From positions 31,871 to 95,870 of the forward strand of contig DAOURK010000002.1 of NCBI GenBank assembly GCA_030625085.1: a stretch of 64,000 nucleotides of DNA, in the 5' to 3' direction. Shown in pieces: positions 19,658-30,463 of this stretch; within the stretch, counting starts at the first letter, position 1; the number at the start of each line of letters is the position of its first letter. The position numbers and the translations under genes were made by a program. The stretch is from Pseudomonadota bacterium. Lineage in GTDB: Bacteria; SZUA-182; DTGQ01. The notes under the pieces are model-generated. The model searched no databases and was not told where the DNA came from. It saw nothing but the letters and a program-made list of their open reading frames with translations.

Positions 19658-21036
19658 AGTCCATCTTGATTGTTGATAATGAAGAAAGTATGTGTGAATT
19701 TCTTACGATCATACTCCGGAAGGAAGGATATGAGACCCAATACACTACTTTGCCTAACAAGGCTATCGGGATGGTGGAAAATCATACCTTTGACCTGGCC
19801 TTAGTGGATATTAAAATGCCCCGGATGGGAGGATTGGAGCTGCTTAAAAATATTAAAGAGATAAGCCCCGAGACAGCAGTAATCATGATGACTGCCTATG
19901 CCTCAACTCAAACGGCAGTCCAGGCCATCAAATCAGGAGCTTATGATTATCTTACTAAACCCTTTAAAAACAATGAAGAAGTTAAAAATATTATTAAAAA
20001 TGCCCTGGAGAGTAAACAATTAAAAGAAGAAAACCTCGCCCTGCGCAGTGAGCTTACCGAGTTAAGAGATCAATACCAATTAGGAAACCTGGTAGGCAAG
20101 AGCAAAAACATCAAGGAAATTTTCTCTGTAGTTCGAAGGATTACCAACAGTGCCAGCACAGTTTTAATCACCGGCGAAAGCGGGACCGGAAAAGAATTAA
20201 TAGCCCGGGCCATTCATCTTCACAGTAAACAAAAAGATAAAGCCTTTGTCAGCATAAACTGCGGGGCTCTGCCCGAAGGACTGCTGGAAAGCGAACTGTT
20301 CGGCCACGTGAAAGGGGCTTTTACCGGGGCCATAGCTTCCAAAAAAGGGCTATTTGAGACGGCTGATGAAGGGACCTTATTTCTGGATGAAATTGGTGTT
20401 ACCCCCATTCCTCTCCAGGTTAAATTACTGCGCGTCCTCCAAGACCAGGAGATTCGAAAAGTCGGCTCTACTGAAAGAATCCGCGTCAATGCCCGGATAA
20501 TTGCCGCTACGAATCTTGATTTACAATCAGCGCTAACCAGGGGAGAATTCAGAGAAGATCTTTTCTACCGACTAAATGTCATCCCCATCCACATGCCTCC
20601 CTTGCGAGAAAGGCAGGAAGATATCCCCTTGCTGGCCAATCATTTTTTAAGAATCTACACCCAAAAATCAAACCAAGCATCTAAAAACATTTCACCTGAA
20701 GCCATGAGGCTTTTAACTGCCTATTGGTGGCCCGGCAATGTCAGGGAGATGGAAAATACTATTGAAAGGGCCGTGGCTCTGTCTGCACATGATATTATCT
20801 TCCCCGATGATTTGCCGGAAAATATCCGCTATCCTTTAAACAAACAACAGCCGGAAATCACTTATGACCTTGAGAAAGGGCTGAATCTGGAAAAAATTAT
20901 GGACGGCATGGAAAAGCAGTTGCTCTTTCAAGCTTTGGATAAAAGCAAGGGTAATAAAACCCAGGCAGCGGAACTTTTGAACCTGAGTTTTCGTTCCTTC
21001 CGCTATCGCCTGAAAAAATACTGGAATCAAGTCTAA
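19654..21036 (+). CDS. pilR: Sigma-54-dependent response regulator PilR (NtrC family)
   Basis: REC domain, AAA+ domain with GESGTGKE, ESELFGHVKGAFTGA and TLFLDEIG motifs, and a C-terminal Fis-type HTH. Its start overlaps the pilS stop. Confidence 0.85.
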   Translation: MKSILIVDNEESMCEFLTIILRKEGYETQYTTLPNKAIGMVENHTFDLALVDIKMPRMGGLELLKNIKEISPETAVIMMTAYASTQTAVQAIKSGAYDYLTKPFKNNEEVKNIIKNALESKQLKEENLALRSELTELRDQYQLGNLVGKSKNIKEIFSVVRRITNSASTVLITGESGTGKELIARAIHLHSKQKDKAFVSINCGALPEGLLESELFGHVKGAFTGAIASKKGLFETADEGTLFLDEIGVTPIPLQVKLLRVLQDQEIRKVGSTERIRVNARIIAATNLDLQSALTRGEFREDLFYRLNVIPIHMPPLRERQEDIPLLANHFLRIYTQKSNQASKNISPEAMRLLTAYWWPGNVREMENTIERAVALSAHDIIFPDDLPENIRYPLNKQQPEITYDLEKGLNLEKIMDGMEKQLLFQALDKSKGNKTQAAELLNLSFRSFRYRLKKYWNQV

Positions 21037-21155
21037 GGCACCGTAAAACGATCAGTCTAACCCTAACCCGGACAAGCCGGAACACAAAAAGGTTATAAAA
21101 TTTTCTATCATAAAAAACACGGGATTCAGATCTAAGACACTAAAAATAAATTATC

Positions 21156-22568
21156 TCACTCAGTCATACTCTTCTTTTGATCCTCATAAAGGACCTTGCA
21201 AATCCATTTTTCTTTTTGATTATCGTACATAAAATGTAAAAAATTATAGGCAATTTGATGAAATAATTTTTTGTCGGCAGGATCTAATTTTTGACCAACC
21301 GGGAAATTAGCTTTTAAGGGATTAACAAATTTTCGGTGATGCTTTACACGATAGTCCAGATGAGGTCCGGTTGAAAGGCCGGTTGTGCCTACATACCCGA
21401 CAACCTGTTTCTGTCGCACCTTAACACCTTTCTTTATTCCCTTTCCATAGCGAGACAGATGATTATAATAGGTTTTATATCCATTCATGTGCTTAATAAT
21501 TACCTGATTACCGTTCTGTCCCATATATTTGGCTGTTATAACCGTTCCATCGGCTACAGCCCATACTGATGTTCCGCTGGGGGCAGCATAATCAATTCCC
21601 AGATGGGGTCGGACATATCCAAGAATAGGGTGTCGTCGGTGGTAACTATAGCCGGAACTAATGCGAGTAAATCGCAAGGGCGCACGCAGAAAAGCCCTCC
21701 GGACTGAAACGCCATTCAAATCATAATAGTCGCTTTTTGCATTTTCATTTTCAAAAAAAATAGCCTGATGCAAACCACAGGACCCATTATATTCTACAGC
21801 CAAAATCCTTCCGTACTTAATAAATTTATCCTCAGAAAAATACTTTTCAACTACCAAACGAAACTTATCCCCTTTTCTTGGTTCATTATGAAAATCAATT
21901 TTCCAGGCAAAAATATCGGCGAACTTGCCGGCCAAGTTGCTATCATTGCTAATGGCGATTATAGCATTACACAAAGAATTATTTACCTGCCCGGAAATAA
22001 CGCTCCAATATTTCTGCAATATTATCTCTTTTTTGAAGCCGTCTAATTTACCATTGGGGTCTCGCTCCACAATATAGGTTTCCATAGGGCCGGTACTATA
22101 TTCAAAATGTTGAAGATTTTCTTGCAAATCAAGGGTCAGGGCGAAGGTATTCCCCGGCATCGCTGTGCTGAAAGGTACTATAGGCTCCAATTCCCGAATA
22201 ATAGAACTTATGATCGATTTTTTCACCTCTTTACTTAATAAAAAATTATATAGAGTATCCCCCTTCTCTAAGACACCATTTACCTTACGAAATCTTTCAC
22301 CTGCATTTTCTGATTCACCCTTTGTCTGTACTTTTTCCGATTGTTTTATCGACCCAAGTGGGGGGGGAGAAAGATCTGTGGAGAGAGAAGATATTCGATT
22401 GACTTTTTTAGGTACAGGCGGAGAAACTGGAGGGGAACCGGAATCTGACAGCATTACCCAACAAAGGCTTACTACAATGCAAAAAACGATAAAAAGGCAT
22501 AAGCTTAAGCCATTTTTTTTAAATCGCCTTTTTAGTTCTCTTTTTTTAAATGGTTGATAGAGTGTCAT
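21156..22568 (-). CDS. Membrane-anchored M23-family metallopeptidase
   Basis: N-terminal transmembrane helix. The C-terminal M23 (LytM) domain has HLGIDYAAP...GTTGLSTGPHLDY. Confidence 0.7.
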   Translation of the reverse strand: MTLYQPFKKRELKRRFKKNGLSLCLFIVFCIVVSLCWVMLSDSGSPPVSPPVPKKVNRISSLSTDLSPPPLGSIKQSEKVQTKGESENAGERFRKVNGVLEKGDTLYNFLLSKEVKKSIISSIIRELEPIVPFSTAMPGNTFALTLDLQENLQHFEYSTGPMETYIVERDPNGKLDGFKKEIILQKYWSVISGQVNNSLCNAIIAISNDSNLAGKFADIFAWKIDFHNEPRKGDKFRLVVEKYFSEDKFIKYGRILAVEYNGSCGLHQAIFFENENAKSDYYDLNGVSVRRAFLRAPLRFTRISSGYSYHRRHPILGYVRPHLGIDYAAPSGTSVWAVADGTVITAKYMGQNGNQVIIKHMNGYKTYYNHLSRYGKGIKKGVKVRQKQVVGYVGTTGLSTGPHLDYRVKHHRKFVNPLKANFPVGQKLDPADKKLFHQIAYNFLHFMYDNQKEKWICKVLYEDQKKSMTE

Positions 22569-22587
22569 TGAAAAAATCTACAAAAAT

Positions 22588-24021
22588 TTATAACTTTTTC
22601 TTTAAAATTTTATTTACCAAAGCCGGATTTGCCTTGCCGGAAGTTAATTTCATCACCTGCCCCACTAAAAATCCCAGGGCCTTATTTTTTCCCTTCTTCA
22701 CTTCCTCAATTACCACCGGATTTTCTGCTAAAACCCGATCAATTATTTCTTCTAACTCCTCTTCGTTGGAGATTTGAGTCAACCCTTTTTGTTGAACAAT
22801 CTGTTCTGCGGACTTACCAGTGGTAAACATCTCATCGAACACACATTTAGCAATTTTACTGCTAATAATACCTTGATCCATCATTTTTAGCAACCCCGCC
22901 AAAGCTTTTGGATTCAAAGGGCATTCGGTTATATCGATATTTCTGTTTTTCAATTCCCTTAATATCTCTCCCATCATCCAATTACTAACAATTTTTGGTT
23001 TTGGAAATAAGGCTGCACACTCTTCGTAATAATCAGCAAGGGATCGAGTTACCGACAACACTTCAGCATCGTATCTAGGGATTTGATACTGTTGAACAAA
23101 ACGCGTAATTTTAGCCTCGGGCAACTCCGGCAAAGTTGAGCGAATAGTTTCGACCCATTCCGGATCTATAGCTAAAGGCACCAGGTCCGGGTCTGGAAAA
23201 TATCGATAATCATGGGCTTCTTCCTTGCTGCGCATGGAAACAGTCTTATTCTGTTCCGGGTCCCACAAACGAGTCTCCTGCACCACTTCCCCCCCTGCTT
23301 CTATTAAAGCAGATTGCCTTTGCACTTCATACTCCAATGCCTTTTGTATAAAACGAAAAGAGTTCAGGTTCTTTAATTCGGTTTTTGTCCCTAAATTTTG
23401 TGAACCTGCCGGACGAATGGAAACATTCGCATCACAGCGCAAACTCCCCTCTTCCATATTTCCATCACAAACCTCCAGGTATTGAAGAATATTTCTCAAT
23501 TTTTGTAAATAGTCTCTTGCTTCTTGTGGACTACCGAGGTCAGGTTCACTCACGATCTCAATCAACGGGACCCCGGTTCGGTTAAAATCAACATAACTTT
23601 TATTTGATGAGACATATCCTTCAGCATGAACTAACTTGCCTGCATCCTCTTCCATATGAAGACGAGTTATCCCTATTCTTTTTTCATGTTCATTGGTAAA
23701 AATCTCTATAAATCCATGTTCGGCCAGTGGGGCCTCATATTGAGATATCTGATAGGCTTTCGGCAGATCAGGATAAAAATAATTTTTCCGTGCAAATCTG
23801 CACTCCTTATTAATTCGACAATTAATAACCAGGGCCGCCTTTACAGCGAATTCCACCACTTTTCTATTCAATACGGGAAGCACACCCGGATAACCCAGGC
23901 AAACCGGACAGGTTTGAGAATTGGGCACAGCACCAAACCCAGTGCTGCAATTACAAAATATTTTCGATATAGTCAATACCTGGGCATGAATTTCCAGCCC
24001 GATAACAGTTTCATAATTCAT
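22588..24021 (-). CDS. gatB: Asp/Glu-tRNA amidotransferase subunit B
   Basis: The N-terminus [15 protein letters not shown] and full-length GatB/GatE-type domains. Confidence 0.9.
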   Translation of the reverse strand: MNYETVIGLEIHAQVLTISKIFCNCSTGFGAVPNSQTCPVCLGYPGVLPVLNRKVVEFAVKAALVINCRINKECRFARKNYFYPDLPKAYQISQYEAPLAEHGFIEIFTNEHEKRIGITRLHMEEDAGKLVHAEGYVSSNKSYVDFNRTGVPLIEIVSEPDLGSPQEARDYLQKLRNILQYLEVCDGNMEEGSLRCDANVSIRPAGSQNLGTKTELKNLNSFRFIQKALEYEVQRQSALIEAGGEVVQETRLWDPEQNKTVSMRSKEEAHDYRYFPDPDLVPLAIDPEWVETIRSTLPELPEAKITRFVQQYQIPRYDAEVLSVTRSLADYYEECAALFPKPKIVSNWMMGEILRELKNRNIDITECPLNPKALAGLLKMMDQGIISSKIAKCVFDEMFTTGKSAEQIVQQKGLTQISNEEELEEIIDRVLAENPVVIEEVKKGKNKALGFLVGQVMKLTSGKANPALVNKILKKKL

Positions 24022-24039
24022 TGCTATTTGATACCAAAT

Positions 24040-24150
24040 TTATTATTATTATTTCAGACCCTGATTGATGGTCTCCTAAAAAGTCCAAAATAGGGATATA
24101 TGTACAACATAACTTGTTGAATTTATGGAACCAAAATTCTCTAAAAACGA
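24040..24150 (-). repeat. Family-B element of about 110 bp, directly 5' of gatB and oriented with the gene
   Basis: About 80% identical to 28795-28905 and to the reverse complement of 29425-29540. It starts 19 nt from the gatB start codon. Confidence 0.65.
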
Positions 24151-24312
24151 CTTTTTACGAATGCATATGATTATTACATATTTTACAATATATTTTAGAC
24201 TATTCTCAAATCTATTTTTCAACCGCTTATCAATACAGATAATAAGCAGACCAATGCAGATACTTCTTTTATACAGCTTAGGCCTTTACTTGAGATAATT
24301 TATCTTGCTTAA

Positions 24313-25878
24313 TTATGGTAACTTAGGCAACTTTTTATGATACTCGGTATTTTGTTCAAAAGTATAGGCAACTCTAAGGACTTTTTCTTCCTGAAAATGA
24401 CCGGCTAACAATTGTAAGCCAATCGGCAGCCCTTCATGAGAAAAGCCACATGGTATTGAAAGGGCGGGAATTCCGGCTAAATTAGCTGAAAGTGTATAGA
24501 TATCAAGCAAATACATCTGTAGGGGATCATTGATTTTCTCACCAATCTTAAAAGCAGGAATAGGGGCAGTAGGAGTAAGCAACACATCAAACTTTTGAAA
24601 AGCTTCTTCAAAATCCTGTTTGATTAAGGTCCTTACTTTCTGAGCCTTCAAATAATAAGCATCATAGTACCCTGAACTTAAGGAGTATGTTCCCAACATA
24701 ATTCTTCGTTTTACTTCCGCCCCAAAACCATGCTGCTTTGTTTTTTCGTACATATCAATCAAATCAGTAAATTGATCTTCTCTGAATCCATAGCGTACCC
24801 CGTCATACCGCGCTAAATTGGAGCTAGCCTCGGCAGTAGCTAAAATATAATAGGTGGCAATTGCATATTCGGTATGGGGAAGACTCACCTCCTCTATCTG
24901 GGCTCCTAAATTTTGAAAAAGTGAAATAGCTTGTCTTATCTTCTCTTCAACTTCCTTATCAAGTCCTTCTTCAAAATACTCTTGAGGAATCCCTATTTTG
25001 ATCCCTTTCACATCATTGATGAGATATTCTTCATAATCCGGCACCGGTCTATTTACAGAAGTAGAATCACAAGGGTCATACCCGCTAATAACCTTCATCA
25101 GCAAAGAGCAATCGGTTACATCTTTAGCAATGGGTCCGATCTGGTCAAGGGAGGAGGCAAAGGCTACCAACCCGAACCTGGAGACTCTCCCATAGGTGGG
25201 TTTTAAACCAACTACTCCACAAAAGCTCGCCGGTTGACGAATGGAGCCGCCGGTATCGGAACCTAAAGCACAAACAGCTTCGTCCGCAGCGATAATGGAG
25301 GTGGACCCCCCGCTAGACCCACCCGGCGTATGATTCACATTCCAGGGATTTCGAGTACACCCAAAATGAGAAGTTTCTGTTGAAGAACCCATAGCAAATT
25401 CATCCAGATTTGTCTTCCCGATAATAATCGCACCCTGATCCAGAAGTTTGCGAACCACCGTAGCATTATAGGGAGAAACAAAGTTACTTAATATCTGCGA
25501 GGCACAAGTTGTCTTCATCCCTTGGGTACAAATGTTATCCTTAATGGCTATAGGAATTCCCAAAAGAGATAAATTTTTTTTAAAATCAACAGAAGAATCA
25601 GCCAGAATATGGTCCAATTCCTGAGCCCGCGCTATAGATTTTTGTTTATTTATTGTTATATACCCATTGATGAGAGAATCTATCTCCTCAATACGATCAA
25701 GCACAGAGCGTACCACCTCAACCACTGATACTTCTTTGCTCCGGAGTAAATTAGATATTTGGTGAATTGATAATTTATATAATTCTTTTTCAGGAATTTC
25801 CATCAAACCTAATTCTTTTAAATTTAAATCAGCCAGATTAAAAAGATTTACGAAATTTTTCTTTTTTATCCTGTTCAA
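24313..25878 (-). CDS. gatA: Glu-tRNA(Gln) amidotransferase subunit A; the true start is possibly the internal ATG at 25803
   Basis: Amidase signature GGSSGGS and whole-length GatA. The first 25 aa, from the TTG start, have no counterpart in characterised GatA. Confidence 0.9.
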   Translation of the reverse strand: MNRIKKKNFVNLFNLADLNLKELGLMEIPEKELYKLSIHQISNLLRSKEVSVVEVVRSVLDRIEEIDSLINGYITINKQKSIARAQELDHILADSSVDFKKNLSLLGIPIAIKDNICTQGMKTTCASQILSNFVSPYNATVVRKLLDQGAIIIGKTNLDEFAMGSSTETSHFGCTRNPWNVNHTPGGSSGGSTSIIAADEAVCALGSDTGGSIRQPASFCGVVGLKPTYGRVSRFGLVAFASSLDQIGPIAKDVTDCSLLMKVISGYDPCDSTSVNRPVPDYEEYLINDVKGIKIGIPQEYFEEGLDKEVEEKIRQAISLFQNLGAQIEEVSLPHTEYAIATYYILATAEASSNLARYDGVRYGFREDQFTDLIDMYEKTKQHGFGAEVKRRIMLGTYSLSSGYYDAYYLKAQKVRTLIKQDFEEAFQKFDVLLTPTAPIPAFKIGEKINDPLQMYLLDIYTLSANLAGIPALSIPCGFSHEGLPIGLQLLAGHFQEEKVLRVAYTFEQNTEYHKKLPKLP

Positions 25879-26023
25879 TCCTGTTTATGCTCTATAAAAA
25901 TTTGGTGGGGCAAACCGTTTAAATAAAAAAACTCCTTTACAATCACAAAAATCTCGCCTAAAAACAAAAAAAGGGGGTAACTTTTTTAATTAGGTTACCC
26001 CCTCCTCAACTTATTACCTCTCT

Positions 26024-26296
26024 TTACTCAACCATCTCTCTCAAGCCTTTTCCTGCCTTAAACTTGATGGTATTCTTAGCAGGAATTTGCAATACAGCGC
26101 CTGTTTGCGGATTCCTTCCAGTACGAGCCTTTCTTTCAACAACAGAATATGTACCAAAACCAATCAATGTAACGTTCTCGCCTTTTTTTAAAGCATTCTT
26201 CACTCCATCAGTAAAGGCGCCCAATGCTTTTTCGGCGGCAGCTTTACTGATACTTGCCTCACCTGCCATTTTATCTATTAAGTCAGCTTTATTCAC
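26024..26296 (-). CDS. HU-family DNA-binding protein
   Basis: MNKADLIDKMA...GFGTYSVVERKARTGRNPQTG is the canonical HU/IHF fold signature. Confidence 0.85.
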   Translation of the reverse strand: MNKADLIDKMAGEASISKAAAEKALGAFTDGVKNALKKGENVTLIGFGTYSVVERKARTGRNPQTGAVLQIPAKNTIKFKAGKGLREMVE

Positions 26297-26682
26297 CTAT
26301 CCACTCCCTCCTTTCTTATTGAAGTTTAACCATTTTCAGTATAATTATACTAAACCCCTAGTATTGTCAAGCTTTTTTTCTCGATTATTTTTCATATTTA
26401 TTATTTTTTAGTATCTATATTTTAAAAAATAGTATGTAACCTATTGTTTTTATATATTTAACCCAAATCAAGCCCTAAATTATTTAAATGGAACATTTTT
26501 ATAAAATTTGTCTTTCCTTTTAGAATGATCGAATAGCACCTTTTTACAAGACCAACATTACTGAAAAAGGAAATTTATGAATCGCTGTTTTCGTTGCTTT
26601 ATCCTTTCATTTCATAGTAAATCATGATATTATTAAAAATGATTTATGTTAAAAAAACTATAATTATAATAAAAGGAACTCT

Positions 26683-27333
26683 ATGCCTAAGCAAGCCGAT
26701 AGACTATTCTTCTGGATGATAATGGCAGTTATCTTCTTGGCCATCGCATCTTTAAGTTATTTTACTTTTTCATCTAAAACTCTAACCCCAAGCATTACGA
26801 CTCTGCATACAAAAAAAGAAAACCTTGCTCTGCCTAAAAAAAAGATGCAAAAACCAAAACAAGCTGTTAAAAAAAAACAGGAAAAGAAAAAATCTTCCTC
26901 CCTGGATCAATCTTCTTCAACGAAAAAAAAAGACCCTCCTAAAAATGACCCTCCACGCACAACTCCTGATACCTCCCCTCAGATAGATGAGCCTGTTGGC
27001 GGTATAGATAGGCTCCTTGAAGGGTTATTTCAAGGGATTAACTCACGAGTTCAAATGCAATATGGCCAAATTCTTATTGATGATTTCAATTATCTGGATG
27101 GAGGTATGCACTTAGAGGTAAGGGCAACAAATCTTTGGAGCCTTTTCCGTCAAGCCGATAAACTCCAAGTTTTACAACTCCTGGCTAATCAATACACTCT
27201 TATTGCCTGTAATATAACCGGAGAAGTAAACTGTAGCCCTAATAATATTCCTTCGATTGGTATCTTAGATTCGACGACCGGTCGAGAACTTGCCTCTTAT
27301 AGCTCTTCTAGCGGTCCCCAGATTTTTGAATAA
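26683..27333 (+). CDS. Hypothetical protein with an N-terminal transmembrane helix and a Lys-rich linker
   Basis: Transmembrane segment IMAVIFLAIASLSYFTF, then a KKKQEKKK-type basic low-complexity stretch, then a C-terminal 120-aa domain of unknown family. Confidence 0.45.
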   Translation: MPKQADRLFFWMIMAVIFLAIASLSYFTFSSKTLTPSITTLHTKKENLALPKKKMQKPKQAVKKKQEKKKSSSLDQSSSTKKKDPPKNDPPRTTPDTSPQIDEPVGGIDRLLEGLFQGINSRVQMQYGQILIDDFNYLDGGMHLEVRATNLWSLFRQADKLQVLQLLANQYTLIACNITGEVNCSPNNIPSIGILDSTTGRELASYSSSSGPQIFE

Positions 27334-27376
27334 AAGGCTTGCAAAAGAAAAGGGGATACTAATAACCTTTTGTTAA

Positions 27377-28747
27377 TCAGGGGATTGCCCAACCCCCACC
27401 AATGCCGCCGCCGATTCCGCCACCGATGCCACCGCCGATTCCACCACCAACTCCACCAATGCCACCACCGGTTCCGCCGCCGCCACCACCATATTTTCCA
27501 ATAGTAGCAGTAGTTATGGATGCAGGTGTATACACAAAAGCTGGAGGTAGCGTAGTGATGGGGGTGAGAGAAATCAAAGGTTCAGCAACATAAGAAGTTG
27601 AAACAACAGGCGCAGGTGTTACATTGTTAAATCCTAATAAGGTGGATAAACTGTCTAAAAAAGAAGAATTTCCAAGACTAAGCCCTAAAAAAGGGTTTGG
27701 GAATCCACCGAGTCCAAACAAACCTCCTCCCAATCCGCCTAAACCGGATAAACCCCCGATGCCTCCCAAAGGTGGCCCATAAGCACCTAAAGATAAAGGA
27801 GAACCGCCAAAACCATACCCTGTTCCAAATGGCAAAGCACCAAAACCATAACCCATTCCAAACGGCGCCCCCCCTCCAAGCCCATAACCAAATGACATTA
27901 AGGGAGAATACATTGGGGAATTAAAGCCCATAGAAGGGTAAGACATCTGCTGCAGTCCGTAATTTATATTCATCAATCCGTAAGAACTCGAATTGCTACT
28001 ACTACCACTTTTAGTAGTACTATCTGGTGGCGGAGTAATACTATCCGGTTCTCCTTTCACACAAAAATAAGATTCTTGAGGGTTATTTTCATTATACTCA
28101 AAATAAAAACAATCCGGTTGATTATTAGAAACCCACCCGAAATAAAAAATCGGCACTTTCTCAATATCGGGGAAAAAATTTGTTATTTCTTCTTCGGTAA
28201 AAAAATTTATTTCCTTAGTATTATTAGGATCTTCTTCAGAGGATAAAATAATTTTTCGTAAATCAAATTCCCTCCCGCTAATGCCAATTCGTTTTATATA
28301 GCCAAAATTATAATTCACTCCCTGAATATCCTCGGCAACATTTAATGATTCAAATTTTTCCCATCCAACCCCCATACCACCTAAGGGAATATTAATATTT
28401 ATTCCCGGCTTATAGGTGGTATCTAATTCTCCGGAATAATAATTAACCCAAATATTATATGGATTAGAATCATTAATTTCTACACAAAATGAAATAATAA
28501 TCTCTTTTTCAGTATCATTTTTAATGTCCACGTCTACAATAGAAAAATCTTCTAGGTCCTCCTGAGCATAATCATCAGATAAATCCTTACGCATATAAAC
28601 AGAAATTAATTCCTCTGATTGAGATGCTCGGGAAGGTACAGCAGACACTGCAATAAACATTAACAGGGCAAATAAAACACCCCCTGCTATAAGGCAAAAT
28701 TTTAAAAATTTAATTTTATATAAAGAAAAATTTACACAACTTCTCAT
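27377..28747 (-). CDS. Secreted protein: an N-terminal folded domain, an FG/GY/Gly-rich low-complexity region and a poly-(GGGI) tail
   Basis: Signal/anchor sequence. A structured region of about 230 aa is followed by GFGALPFGTGYGFGG...GGIGGGIGGGIGGG. Confidence 0.6.
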   Translation of the reverse strand: MRSCVNFSLYKIKFLKFCLIAGGVLFALLMFIAVSAVPSRASQSEELISVYMRKDLSDDYAQEDLEDFSIVDVDIKNDTEKEIIISFCVEINDSNPYNIWVNYYSGELDTTYKPGININIPLGGMGVGWEKFESLNVAEDIQGVNYNFGYIKRIGISGREFDLRKIILSSEEDPNNTKEINFFTEEEITNFFPDIEKVPIFYFGWVSNNQPDCFYFEYNENNPQESYFCVKGEPDSITPPPDSTTKSGSSSNSSSYGLMNINYGLQQMSYPSMGFNSPMYSPLMSFGYGLGGGAPFGMGYGFGALPFGTGYGFGGSPLSLGAYGPPLGGIGGLSGLGGLGGGLFGLGGFPNPFLGLSLGNSSFLDSLSTLLGFNNVTPAPVVSTSYVAEPLISLTPITTLPPAFVYTPASITTATIGKYGGGGGGTGGGIGGVGGGIGGGIGGGIGGGIGGGWAIP

Positions 28748-28794
28748 GAGACACCCTCACCTAACCTTTATATTCCTATTATTTTTATTATTAA

Positions 28795-28905
28795 TCAATT
28801 ACTGATGGTCTCGTAAAAAATCCAAAATGGGGATATATATACAACATAACTTCTTGAATTTATGTAACCCAAATTTTCTAAAAACGATTTTTTACGAATG
28901 CATCA
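28795..28905 (-). repeat. Family-B element, directly 5' of the 27377..28747 gene
   Basis: Near-identical to the reverse complement of 29425-29540. It ends 48 bp from the gene start. Confidence 0.7.
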
Positions 28906-29424
28906 ATTACTTATACTTATTATTATAAATTGGTACTTACTGATCCTAGTATTATAGACAATCCAAGCATCAACTACCTTATCTTCATTATATTCATTGA
29001 AAAATTTTCTTACCTAATATTTATACGACATTACAAAGTTAACATGAATTAGTGTTGCCTCAACAGTGAAACGAATAATGCCCATATGCCTTGTCTTATA
29101 AGCCAATAGAGGATTTTAAATAGTCAATACGAAATTTTACACTTGACATGACACAAGCTTTCCTGCCCGAATAATAAAAGGGGAAATATCTTTATACTCA
29201 TCTACTATTCTAACTGGGGAAAGGGAGATACCGATTCATGAGAGAGATTGCTTAACTTGTTATCAGGTTCGTAAAATACTTATACCACGTACAAAAGTTG
29301 CACATTTTTAAATATACACATATTATATTATAATTTTTTTATTATTCATTTGTCAAGAAATTTTGCCCTTCAGTAATTCCAAAAATCGTGCTATTATGAT
29401 GAATACTGTGAAATTATCAAGCTT

Positions 29425-29540
29425 AATGATGATGAATTCGTAAAAAATCATTTTTACAAAATTTGGGTTACATAAATTCAATAAATTATGTCGTGTGAAG
29501 TCCCCAATTTTGGACTTTTCACGAGACCATCAATGATGGA
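29425..29540 (+). repeat. Family-B element, directly 5' of the pfkB-family kinase gene and oriented with the gene
   Basis: GATGAATTCGTAAAAAATCATTTTTACAAAATTTGGGTTACATAAATTCAA...GAGACCATCAATGATGG, followed by GGAGG and then the ATG at 29549. Confidence 0.7.
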
Positions 29541-29548
29541 GGAAAAAA

Positions 29549-30463
29549 ATGAGTCTATTGGTGATAGGTTCTGTTGCCCTGGATACTATTGAAACACCTT
29601 TTGGAAAGGTACAAGAAACCCTGGGGGGATCAGCCGTATACTTTTCCTGTGCTGCCAGCTATTTTACTGATGTCTCTTTAGTAGCCGTTGTTGGTGAAGA
29701 TTTTCCCCAAAAACATCTTGATATTTTAAAAAAACGAGAAATAGATACCTCAGGATTAACAATCTCTCCGGGAAATACCTTTCGATGGACGGGAGAATAC
29801 GGCTTCGATTTGAATGAAGCTAAAACTATTGATACCCAACTGAATGTATTTGAAAAATTTCAGCCCGCCCTGAATGAAAAACAAAAAACAAAGGACTTTG
29901 TGTTTTTGGCTAATATTGACCCGGATCTTCAAAAGTCAGTACTCCATCAAATGCAGCAACCCAAGTTCGCTGCTTCGGACACCATGAATTTCTGGATAGA
30001 AAGAAAAAACGCCTCCTTGAAATCTTTATTGAAAAATATCGACACCTTGCTCATTAACGAGGCGGAAGTACGTCAATTCGGACAAGAAGCCAATATCTTT
30101 AAGGCAGCGCGTAAAATCCTCTCCTGGGGACCGAAATCTTTAATCGTAAAAAGAGGAGAATACGGCTCCTTGACTTTTCATGAGCACTCTATTTTTTCTG
30201 CCCCAGCCTACCCTCTGGAAATGGTCTTTGATCCCACTGGCGCCGGTGACAGCTTTGCTGGCGGGTTTATGGGATTTCTGGCCAAAAGCGGAAAACTCAA
30301 TATGGAAAATATTAAACGAGCTGTAGTTTTCGGCAGCGTTATGGCCTCCTTTGCGGTTGAGACCTTTAGCCTTGAGAGGCTGGCTAATCTTGATGAAAAC
30401 AAAATCTTTAAACGATACCGAGAACTGCATAAAATGGTTTGTTTTGAGGATTTTACGGATTAA
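29549..30463 (+). CDS. pfkB-family carbohydrate/nucleoside kinase (ribokinase-like)
   Basis: N-terminal G-G motif and the C-terminal DPTGAGDSFAGGF anion-hole motif. Confidence 0.8.
   Translation: MSLLVIGSVALDTIETPFGKVQETLGGSAVYFSCAASYFTDVSLVAVVGEDFPQKHLDILKKREIDTSGLTISPGNTFRWTGEYGFDLNEAKTIDTQLNVFEKFQPALNEKQKTKDFVFLANIDPDLQKSVLHQMQQPKFAASDTMNFWIERKNASLKSLLKNIDTLLINEAEVRQFGQEANIFKAARKILSWGPKSLIVKRGEYGSLTFHEHSIFSAPAYPLEMVFDPTGAGDSFAGGFMGFLAKSGKLNMENIKRAVVFGSVMASFAVETFSLERLANLDENKIFKRYRELHKMVCFEDFTD

Noticed and set aside
21036-21156. Possible short pilA gene downstream of pilR
   Set aside because: The gap is only 120 bp, which is too short for a prepilin. No GFTLIE-type N-terminus appears in any frame.
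27402-27593. Poly-proline ORF (MPPPIPPP...) on the plus strand
   Set aside because: It is the antisense of the poly-Gly tail (GGC/GGT runs) of the 27377..28747 gene.
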